A stretch of DNA of 64,000 bases, taken from assembly GCA_963924565.1 (NCBI GenBank), contig OZ004609.1:30380001-30444000 (forward strand), written 5' to 3'. A program made the translations under genes and the position numbers. The notes under the pieces are model-generated. The model saw nothing but the letters and a program-made list of their open reading frames with translations, had not been told where the DNA came from and made no database searches. Below are positions 15,001 through 25,163 of this stretch, piece after piece. This stretch comes from Ascidiella aspersa (Eukaryota). Each line of letters begins with the position of its first letter. Positions within the stretch are counted from its first letter, which is position 1.

Positions 15001-17113
15001 TTTTGTGGCGTTCACTCTTTAAAATCGCCCTATTCACTGTGAAGCAACGCACAGCAGGCAAATATGCGACCAGGTGTGTATTCTGTGTCATCGGGTGTTA
15101 TAAAAGTCATCTTGTGTTATAAAAGCTTTTAAAAATAGCGTTCGCTTAGAAATTTCCTCGTAATTTCTTGGGAACCCACGGCTAAGTCATTGTGAAATGG
15201 CAGGGTGATAGGTGGTCTAAACTCCAAACCGACCGGTGATAATTAACGCTACAGGGACTTGCGGCGTGAGGCCCGCAATCAGCACCCCAAATAACCGTCA
15301 ATTTAGGGCGTGTTTCGCCTCTCTATGAGTCCGGATTTATCGCTGATTACTGGGCTCGCAAAGAGATCGGTCGCTTTGAAAGCCAAAAAAACGTCGAAAT
15401 GAGAATAGATTTATTGCCACAAGGAAATATCTAAACCAAAGCTTTGCCGAATGGGTCGCGCTACAAGTTTTAGTTGTTGCGAGTAGGGGTGTGATAATTT
15501 TACACAAAACCTGGCACATTTTGACTTCTTCTCACTCTCGACATGTAACTGTTAAACAAATAAAACGCAATCCACAAGTGAGCTGCAGATTAATTTAAAA
15601 ATGGGTGTAGAAGTAAATCACTAGAAATTGTACAGTCAAACTCAAAAGGATCGCTAGTTATTTAAGCAAATAACATGAGTCGGTAGTTTTGGAAGTGTCC
15701 TAGTATATGACAAAATTTTCCTTTTCAGTTTTTTAATCCAACACCGGTCAACTGATATCACAAGGCTGGTTTCATTTATGCAAATATCTTAAATTTTAAT
15801 AACGCGCTGTGGCGTTTTAAACTGCGGTGCGAACGGCGTTTTAATCTGAGTGGCAATTATTTTACGCACTGCGCACAATTGCTGACCCAAGGTCCTTGAA
15901 ACGTTGCTATATATGCAAAGGCTGCGCGCCGCTCTTTCGAACTGCGTTGTTACGTCAATGCAAAGTAAGTCTTTCTATTTGAAGCACGTGGTGTAGAATA
16001 GATTTCACTGCGTAGATCTTCGTATAAGGTGCGTTGTTTGATAGTATTTAATAACCCTTTATGTTTTTCATTATCTACGTAAAACAATTCCAAAAAGGTT
16101 TTATTACCCTAATCTGCCATTACCCTTTTTGATCAACGAAGTTTGGTATTTGTCTGTTCTACTTTATTGATTTTCGGGCCAAAACTTTTTTAAGTTGGCC
16201 TAGAGATTTATTAAGCCTTTACGCAAGCTGCTAAGTCATTGGTGTATTGAAGTATTTTTGGAGGCGATTTGCGGGCTTGGCTAATCAACGAGCGAGAATC
16301 GCTTTGCTTATTCAAGCGCTCGTGATTATTACGTAGTCAGCACGTAAATGCGGATTACAACTACCACTTGAAATCTAAACGTCAACAATAAGGAGCGGCC
16401 CCTCCAAACGCTATTCCTTAAAACTTTCCAGAAATACACGCATTTGAGATTTTCCACACACAATCTTTGCTTTTCTGACGTTAGTAGTTTGGATGCGTCA
16501 CCGTTAATTAGTCTCCGCACCTAGTGAGATAGCTTACTCATTCAGTTATTTGCCGCATGGCGAACATAGACTTTGCTTAAGAATCGCTAATTAACAAACC
16601 GATTTTGATTTTACTTTGTATTTAGACAATCAGATTAGTACTTTTTTTTATAAAACGACAACAAGTTTAAACTAAGCCGTTCTTTATAAATATAAATTCC
16701 AGTCGTTTCATACTAAATGAAATTTTACATTCGGAATCGCTTCAGTGACACAAAGAGCGCCTGTGTGAAGTTAAAAACTAAGTAAAATCCCTAATAAGAC
16801 ATTTGTGTCAAAATAATGATTTTCTCCAATATGCAGCCTGTGGTTAACAACCAAACCTTTCGGTTCCTCAGAGCTTCCCAGCACTCCTGTGGTGGCGCGC
16901 CTCAACAACCACAACCCGCACCAGCACAACCACCAGCACCAAGTCGCCTACACAACGCGCCTCAACGACGTGCCAAACCACAACCAGCACGTCTACACCC
17001 AGCACCAGCACCCTCTGCTAGCCACCTACCAGCAGCAACAGCAGCAGGCTGAATACGGCAGTGTGATCGCCCAGGAGCGCGCCCAGTTACAGCAGGACAT
17101 AGCCCACCATCAC

Positions 17114-17152
<39 letters not shown>

Positions 17153-17944
17153 AGGAGCTGTTCGCATCGCGGGTCGCGCGATTTCGCCTCGCCTGATCTC
17201 ACCAAGATGCTGGTTGAGACGGCCGGCGACGCGCTCATGGACACTTCCAACTTCCCGCCGGTCATCAGCCCCCAGGAACGCGGCGCCGGGCCCGGGGGAA
17301 TTCCAAGCGCGGTGGGCGGCTACGACCAGCCGCTCAACTACTCGCGACAGAGCGCGCGCAACAGCGTCGACTCGGGCATCATCTACGCCAACTCGCACTA
17401 CTCGCCGATGGACACCAACCTGGACGGCTCGAGCAAGGACATCTTCAACGACCTGCGCCTTTCCTCGTCGTCATTAGACAGTGGCGAGCCAACGCTCAAC
17501 ACGATCAGCCTCTCGCCGGCCACGCCCCCACGTCCGCGGCCACACCTCCAGTCCACCTTCCGCCCGCACCCGTCGCCGCGCTCCAACCAGCTCATCAAGT
17601 CGGCCTCCCAGGAACTGCTCTCGACCAGCGACGGCGCCGTCCCTGGGAACCACCCAATGGACAACGAGCTAGGCTGGCTGGACCTGACCCTAAGCGCGGC
17701 CGTGGCCGGTCCTGGAACCCCAGGTGGCCCCTTTGGCCAGATAAACTTCGCAGAGGAGCCTCACATGCAGCGCTTCCACTCCGCAATGCCCTACCAGTCG
17801 GGGGGCTACAGTGACTACGAACCAGGGGCCATGGGCGGCGCCGGCGGTTCCACTGGCACCCTTAATATCAACCACGGCATGTCGTCCGCCGAGCTCTACG
17901 AGATCGACTTATTGGACGCGCTGGGCGCAAGCTACAACACCTAG
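1..17944 (+). CDS. MRTF: Myocardin/MRTF-family SRF co-activator, 5'-partial (any RPEL/N-terminal exons lie upstream of the window)
   Basis: GT-AG exons with consistent phases: <1-79, 770-883 (KKKEKPKFKKFKYHQYIPPDQ, basic domain), 4704-4843 (YSRLLQQQQLYLQLQIM, Q-rich), 5069-5108, 5884-6027 + 6602-6669 (LDEMKVSELKEELKYRRLK|VTGTKEVLVDRL, SAP domain), 7340-7418, 10157-10351, 11949-12140 (KDKLLEEQQKEIQDLRKMVE, coiled coil), 13139-13239, 13863-13941 (PPNYEQA), 14573-14669 (QDMDALLELLADNG), 16872-17944 (poly-Q, GWLDLTL, TAG). Motif order matches the myocardin/MRTF family. Confidence 0.92.
1100..1290. repeat. Low-complexity TTGCAATTTGTAGTTTG repeats, probably a transposon remnant
   Basis: atttgtagtttg occurs three times within 1190-1262, with degenerate flanking units. 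Confidence 0.5.
8083..8619. mobile_element. hAT-like MITE in an MRTF intron
   Basis: Perfect TIRs CAGACTTGGACAACTAGA...TCTAGTTGTCCAAGTCTG, many subterminal TTCTAATCTAATT repeats, near-TSD GATTCGCC / GCATTCGCC. Confidence 0.88.
9192..9308 (+). repeat. Degenerate ~38-bp tandem repeat (3 copies)
   Basis: aaacttggtattatgt(n)nggtaanaaaactt repeated three times. Confidence 0.7.
10365..10790. mobile_element. MITE family with GACTTAAGTC/GACTTGACT subterminal repeats (copy 1)
   Basis: Starts CAGTGTTG, then many gacttaagtc/gacttgact units. Related copies at ~33810-33923, ~36170-36501, ~41907-42240 and ~55160-55230. Confidence 0.7.
13309..13590 (+). mobile_element. hAT (Charlie-like) MITE, truncated copy
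   Basis: CAGTGCGTCTCAACCTTTTT...GACCCTAATACTAAGAG, collinear with the 18310 element. Contains a 3x 18-bp tandem repeat (tatgaccgttaatgaaaa). Confidence 0.65.
14024..14291. mobile_element. hAT (Charlie-like) MITE
   Basis: CAGGGATTCTCATACTTTGTGCCGTGGCACAC...AAAGTTTGAAAACCAGTG, with degenerate 8-bp flanks aactacag/ccctacaa. Related to 34177-34457. Confidence 0.65.
17113..17151 (+). repeat. CAG/CAA poly-glutamine tract in the last MRTF exon
   Basis: caacagcagcagcaacaacaacagcagcaacagcagcag, in frame, 13 Q after HHH. Confidence 0.9.
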
Positions 17945-18309
17945 TGGTAAAAGCCCTTCCTTTTTGCGTTTTTTTTATTTCCATCTTTTCCTGCACTACA
18001 GAACTTATCAAGTTTCATCTTTGCGTTCTTTGTTGCGTTTTTTTTGTTGGTTTTTGCTTCGAACCTTTTCGCGCGCCCTCGCTCTTTTATTCGCCCGTAG
18101 TTTTTTCGCCGTTGAGCAAATCTCGTTTAGCTCGTTTGTTTTGCCTTGGATTGATTAGATTTGCATTTGCCCGCGCAAGAAGTCACAAGCCACTGCCCCG
18201 AGTTTTCGACCGATCGACCCACCTGGAGCATTAGGCGTTCAACACGCCAACTGCGCCTATTGTTACCCGAAGCAAAAGCCCATTACTGTTATTAACTATC
18301 GCGTTAGAT

Positions 18310-18622
18310 CAGTGTTTATCAACCCTTTTTCGTGGCGACCCAAATACTAAGAGTTAATAAAGCAGCGAAGCTTTGGCGACTCAATTCGATTAAATGAACT
18401 TTTTACAAGTAAACAAAACATAAGACAAATAGCATAAACAAATTCGAATTTAAATCTTATAATCCATGCCCTGGTATTTCTTCTATAACGTTTTAAATTT
18501 TGAAAAGAAATTTTTCTCTTGGCCCCTCTCAGTAAATCTATTGATGCTACTGCAGTCGGCGACCCAACCAAATTCAACGGCAACTTACTTAGGGGTCGCG
18601 ACCTATATGTTAAGAAGCACTG
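18310..18622. mobile_element. hAT (Charlie-like) MITE in the presumed MRTF 3' UTR
   Basis: TIRs CAGTGTTTATCAAC...GTTAAGAAGCACTG, subterminal GGCGACCC/GGGTCGC motifs, 8-bp flanks cgttagat/ctttagac. Confidence 0.8.
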
Positions 18623-21600
18623 CTTTAGACAGCCATGCGACCTAATCCGGCGAATGAATATCCGATGCAACGTGCACTCTTTACACAAGGCTTTATCGAA
18701 AGCAGCTTCAAAACACCCGAGTTTGCTGCTGCTCTTTCCAGTTCTTTGCTTACGCTTTACCCTCGCGCGCAACCGACTTGATTCGCTCGGCCAATCCCGC
18801 AAACCGCGTGTAAATACTTATACATATATGCAAGCCGCGCATTGTATGCTACGCGTGTGCCGACAGCGCCCGCAGTATTCTATAACGTATTTCCCCACCC
18901 CACCTTTATCTCGTGTTTTCTCCCCACCCCCAACCTGCCCCAATTACACGCCTGGTCGCCTGTTTTGGTGGCAGGTCGAACCCCCCTTTTAATGCCGCAG
19001 CCTATTACTAACTTATCTTTTGCCAACGTATAGCACACAGCTAATAATGCACTTTTTTGGTCTCAAACTCCCACCACCCAATAATTCTGTTGTCCCCTAT
19101 CCTATCAAACCAAGTAGAACTGTGGTTGACTCCGCAATTCCTTGATCGATAGACTGCCTTGTATTTTTCCTAATCTTTTTCTTCGTTTTAAGGAGATAAA
19201 AATTAATTACGTACGGTCTTAATTGGCCGTGTTTCGGTTTAGGAAGCTTTGTTTTAGCAAACTAGTTACCGCAAAAACACAGCATACAATTACTCACTAG
19301 AATCTTAGCGGTCAAACACGCCGTGAAAAACATTGAAACTAAGGCGGTTTGTCTTTCGCGAACCGCTGCGTTTCTTGTAATAACGCGATATACGAAGTAA
19401 AAATTCAACCACAAGCGTTACCTATAGTTTGGTATTTAAAAAAAATCCAATTTTACACCCTATACGTAATGGAATATTAATTGATTGACGTTATCCTGTT
19501 CAATCCCTATGCCGTGAGAGTTTATTCGGTTGAAATCGTAATTTTCGACCTGCGCAGATTATTGTGCGATCAGAGTTAACCTTTTTCTCAATCGAAACAG
19601 TGTTAAAACCGAAACACATTTGTAAATTTGTCATAGGAATAAAGATAAAATTAAAAGAACAATTTTCTTCCAGAGCAATGATTAACCATGAGACAAACCC
19701 ACTTTTAATTGATTAATGGCGCACTTACGCTGTTGTACAGCATGCGGTCGTCCGATTGTCTTATTTGCACCATCGTGATAAGCTTGCAGCGCGCGCCCTA
19801 AAAAGTGGATTTAAGGCCACAGCCGCGCCGCACGCCCATTCGCTTATTTTTCCGCAAAATCGCTTTCCGCCGCCCTGTGCCGCTTTCCTTAGCTTTTGCG
19901 GCCAGCGGCGAGCGGCGCCTAAAATTCACTTTCTCGCGTTTATATTGTAAGTATGCACCCGTCGCCCGAGATTGATTTCTCCTTGCTCGCCGGAACACGT
20001 GACTCACGCGTAGTGACGTACCTTCACGGTTGAATGCGCCTCTCTGTTGACCGGAGAAGCGCCGAAGCGTGTCGCAGATTTTTTGCCTCTCGTCTTCTCT
20101 AAGATCGGCGATTCCCCAAACCTGCCCGCGATCGCCTTTTGCCGACAGTGCCATGGTTTGTTTCCCTACACAGGTGTCCGGTGTTTTCTGTGCGCCATTT
20201 ACATCGCGAGTACACTTCTACGCCAATTTACCTGACCGCATATAATTTTTTTAACATGTATCAAAGTCGCGTCAGATTTAACGCGTCATGTCGAATCTAG
20301 GCCACAGGCGTAAAAGTATAGGGCGCACCAAGTTATTTATATTGTGATAATATCTTGAGGAGTTTTTCAGTTTTTATGCAGGTCTAAAAGGAGTGCTACC
20401 GTTTTCAACGTCGCACACTAACCGGTTTAATCTAATAGTTTTTCTGTCTATTATAACCGCTGCGGCAGAGTGTTCTTTTTTAAATCATACCGGCCTTCCT
20501 CTGTACATTTGCGACCCCACTTATCTCTATTGTTTCTTTTTTTGGCCGTTTCCTAAAGGCGTGATTAACCTTTATCCTATTCAAGTTGTAGAAAATAAGG
20601 CGAAAAAAATAACGATGCTAGCTTTTAAGGTATCAAACTTAGGTTATTTGACGCCCCGACCATTTACCCCTTCTCGCGCGGCTCAACTTTCAAGTGATTC
20701 TTATTCTTTCTCGTTCCTGTTCCTACAAATCGCGATATTTCTCTGCGCGCCCCGTTGTGTTGTTTGTGATATGCGACGTGACATATATAGTGCCTTTCGA
20801 CACCGTAAAATAAACGTGACGTTTTTTCCATGACGCTAGCGCCTGTGCTCTACTTGTTTAAGGGGAGTTTTTCACTTGTTAATTGTAGCTGACAATGTCC
20901 TAAACGGGCTAGTTGGCAGTTTTCCTAGAAGCGAGAATTTGGCAAAACTTTAGGATTGAAGGGCCATTGACTGTGTTGCTAAACAGAAGTAAAACTCTTC
21001 ATGGAATGTTAGCTTTTTTTAGAAAGAGAACAACGCTACTTACGAAATCGTAAGCACTATATAACATGTAATCACCGGACAAAGTACTTAACCTGACAAA
21101 CAATGCAATATGGAACGGAATATATGCTGCCCGAAAACGCTGAGTTTAAAGTATAATAGGCCAAGTCGATTACAACTTATTGAAACAGGGGTCTTCTTGG
21201 TTCAAAAGATAAATACGCCCTTCACCTTTTGGAGAAAGGATAAACAGATAAAAACACATAACACATTTCGCCAAGTGGTGTCTGTTTTTTAGTGAAATAG
21301 TCTACCCGCAGTTATATCTGTGGATTTAGACCAATACCATCCGAATTACACCTGCATCTGTAATAAGAAAGCCTCACGGCTAAACATGCAAAAAATATTA
21401 TTTTGTCAGAATAGAAAATGTTTATTTTAAAAACAAAAACAATCATGAGAGTAAAATTGTTAATATAAGGTTTGTCACATTATATGTTTCATTAAAGGCC
21501 TAAAGAAAACCAAATACGCATTTTACTAAAAATATGAAATATTGTTTACCTGTTGACGCCGGCTGTTTGAAGTAGTTTTGTTAAAAACACAAATTTTCCG

Positions 21601-22955
21601 TTGCTAACGGCCCACGAATATTAAAAATAAGCCCAAAAAACGTATTTCAGATTCTTTTGCCGATTTAAAAGCAAGAAACAGTAAAAATATTTTAAAAACC
21701 GAATTGTTTTAGTTTTTAGGCGAACTAGTATGACGCAAGTCGTCAATTAACTTTTTGAATAAAAGGAACGTCAGTTGCGTTTAGAAAATATTTTAAAGAA
21801 CAAACAAGGTAACAAACTCATGGATTTAACAGAGCGTAAAGTACATGTTCTCCTTAGGCTAATGCGTAACGTAGGTATCAGGTAACGCACTTTTCTTAAC
21901 TATGACGCGCTACGTTCTAAACTAAGATGCGCAACGTTCCATACCATATATTGCAGTAATTTCCTATTCCATGTTTAAACCAGATGATATTTACAAACTA
22001 TGCGACATTTTTGACGTTGTGTCGCGACGTATTCTCTTTAGCAGAAAAAAGATTTTTTGCGAAAGGTCTACACTCTACAGTATGCTGTTGCTCTTTGCTG
22101 GACAATTATTGGACATATTATCACATTTCCAACATTAACCACGTATTCTCCTCATATTTTGTTAATTGTCGTTTTACCACTTATTTTATCAAGCTGAACG
22201 CGACACTAGTATTGTCGTGCTTAAGCGATTTCTGTCGCGTTGCGGCATGATACTTGATTGCGATATTTGTAAAAAAAAACTCAAAATAATTTGTATATGT
22301 ATTGAGTGACAATATATAGACAATCCAATAGTATTTTACCACATTCAACAACAGTTTACATTAAAAATAATATTATTTTACCAAAATGCAAATAGCTAAC
22401 TCATTTAATTACATTTTCCATGCGACAAAAACTATCTGAGCGACATCTATTCGCGACATATTTTATTTCATGCAAGTCACGGTTTTTGTATAGTTTACGT
22501 CAGTTCTTATGTTCCTTGTTTAAAATTCTGTAAAATTTAAAGTGTATCAGACAAGTCTGAGATTTTCTACTCATTGTTTTTTGTTACTTATGACCGTATA
22601 ACCTATTGGTGGTAATGTTAAATTTAATTTCCCGAGTTTTGTGGTATTTCCATGATAATTAGTTTATTCGGGTAATCAATCTCATAAAGTGCCTATTGAC
22701 TATTTTACTGGATCGCTCGGCCTAGATAGACCCAAAGGGTTATATATATGACTAACTGGCTTGCTAACCCTAAAACTGACCAAAGGGAAGTAAGCAGCTC
22801 GAAATTTTGCGTAATATCACCGGAAGTAAACAAGATATCGATTAGAATTTTTTACACAATACTCAAAGCAATCTAAGCTAGCCAGCAATCAAACTTAAAA
22901 AAAAAAAACATTAAAATATTCATATTTATTTTGCCAAAATCTTATGCCAAAATTC

Positions 22956-23158
22956 GGCGCTGGTCTAGAATCCTACCACAACGTTGAAATAATTATTAAG
23001 CAATGCATAATATGTGGGTTAGGGTGTCGGTTAGTGTTTGGGTGTGGGTAGGTCAAGTAATATTGTATAACACTATTACTGGACTCACCCAAACCCAAAC
23101 GCTAACCGACACCCTAACCCAAATAATGTTCGTTGTGGTAGGATTCTAGACGAGCGCC
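22956..23158. mobile_element. Foldback MITE with GG termini and 8-bp TSD (Merlin-like)
   Basis: TIR GGCGCTGGTCTAGAATCCTACCACAACG, whole element palindromic, perfect TSD CAAAATTC (22948-22955 / 23159-23166). Confidence 0.9.
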
Positions 23159-24249
23159 CAAAATTCTGCCATACACTCCCAAACAATATTTTAATGCCAA
23201 ATGATTTCACAACTAGTTTTGGGCCAGTCTGGAAAGTATGGCAGACCTTGACGAGATCTCACGGCCAAAAAAATTTGGGTGCAACAAGGGTAAAAAAATG
23301 TGCACTTTCAAATTGCCAGGTGCACTTTATGATTTTCAATGCACTCTGTATTGCATACACTGTACTGTAAGCGTATGCTGATGCGATAAATAAGTGTGCA
23401 CAAGCGTTTTGCATATTTGGGGTGCAGTTGAGATTATTTTCCGTGTTGAACTTTTAAAAGGTTGAAAAACTTGCGGGTGCACTTGCCACACTTTCCACAG
23501 TGGGTTTGGGGCATTTCACTCCAGAGGTCTTAGCTGGAATGTAATCGTGTACCCTACAAGCTTTTATATTGTTATGCCAAAAGTATAATGGAGCATTTGT
23601 TAAGTTATAATTGCAATTGTGGTTCAGTTCCATTCTACATTATGTTACCTGATTTAGTAATTACTCACCGAAATAATTATTTCCTGTTGTCATATAACAC
23701 CTAAGGTGTTATTAAACCCTGATCATTTCATGGAATGTTTGCCGAGATCCCAGGTGTGCCATGCCAAATTTATTGAGTTACAATCAAGGTTTTATGAACA
23801 TATGAGGTTTGAAAATCTTTTACAACTCAACCTTTCCCCGAAATAAAGTGTGCCATTAACTAATTTAAGTGTGTTCATGATTTACTTCAATCTTGCATTC
23901 GCACCTCCCGCAGAAAGCATTGGCATAAATTATAAGCTAAACTTTAGCAGTAATAGAAAGAAGAACAACCTCCAGTCTAACAATTGTGTTAATGAGGTTT
24001 GCTCCGGTGATTTCCAGTTATGTTTATCTCGTCACGTTTCTTCTTCTTTTTAATCAGTGTAAAAAACACAGTTCCAGTCTTATTGTCTTCTTTGATATAA
24101 ATAGGGACAGCGGCCATTTGACCAAAGAAGACCTGTTGTGCAACATTCTGTAAAACTGTCTGTTACAACATTTTTTCTAAGCAATTTAGAAAAAAAACAA
24201 TTATTTAATGAAGTGATAAGTTTACCTAATGGTATATAATTGTAAACTG

Positions 24250-24318
24250 ATTGGGGGGTCGCACAGGTTTACGAGTACTGGAAAGGGGTCGCAACAGCCA
24301 AAAGTTTGGCAACCACTG
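24250..24318. mobile_element. Right end of a hAT-like MITE
   Basis: GGGGTCGC x2 then AAAGTTTGGCAACCACTG, the same terminus type as 18622 and 34457. Confidence 0.6.
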
Positions 24319-24654
24319 CGCTAGAATCTGACTTGCTGTTAGTTGATATGATATTCATAAAAAGGCCATGTTAATAACAAAACTTCACATATTAGAGTTG
24401 GGTTGTTGTTGTTAAATAAAGAAAGTAATACAAGGTTTAGCAATTTCATTGGAACTTCACCCATCCTAATTCCTCCTAAACCTAATTAATTGCTGGTGCT
24501 TTGACAAACCATACCATAATCATATTGAGTGTTGAGTTTTGAAAGTGCTGTGAGGTTTGACTAGCGTTTTACCGCTACTGTTTAAATTTCTAAAAGCAAC
24601 ATGTTACATTTCTTCTAAGGGCAGTACATTTTTTAACAAATAACATTCTTGGCC

Positions 24655-24882
24655 ATGTCGGATAAGAAGAAAACTGAGGAGAAGATCGAAGCCAAAGCTC
24701 CTGATCTGGGATCACTGGAGGAAGATGATGAGTTCGAAGAGTTCCCAGCAGAGGAGTGGGGAGAGATGGAAAAGGAGCCGGAGGTTTTCTGGGAGGAAAA
24801 CTGGGACGATGACAATATCGAGGACGACTTTTCCAAGCAGCTAAGAGCAGTTTTGGAAAAGTCCGGACAAATGAAGGGGTAA
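24655..24882 (+). CDS. SEM1: 26S proteasome complex subunit SEM1/DSS1, 75 aa, single coding exon
   Basis: [10 protein letters not shown]...[19 protein letters not shown]...[24 protein letters not shown] matches the DSS1/SEM1 signature. ATG in gccATG context, TAA at 24880-24882, AATAAA at 25085. Confidence 0.97.
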   Translation: MSDKKKTEEKIEAKAPDLGSLEEDDEFEEFPAEEWGEMEKEPEVFWEENWDDDNIEDDFSKQLRAVLEKSGQMKG

Positions 24883-25163
24883 TAAGAGGCCACTGTGTTT
24901 TTGGTTTCTGTGGAACCTGGCTGAACTGGTTTAGGGCTTAAAATGATCTTAATTGAAATACAGAAGAGTCATTGCCTTTTGATCTTAAGATTATTATACT
25001 ACATTTGTCTATGCTTCACCAAAACTTCTTTAACCACCTCTTTAACAAAGCAATACCTTGCTTTAACACCATTTATTTGAAGCGAATAAATGCGATTATA
25101 TTTCAAAATAATAAACTGGTTTTGATGCCGTGTAAGTCGATTGAATCCCTTTTCCTTTCTTTG

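Noticed and set aside
17087-17875. Several overlapping and antisense ORFs over the last MRTF exon
   Set aside because: By-products of high GC3 and CAG repeats in the real + strand exon.
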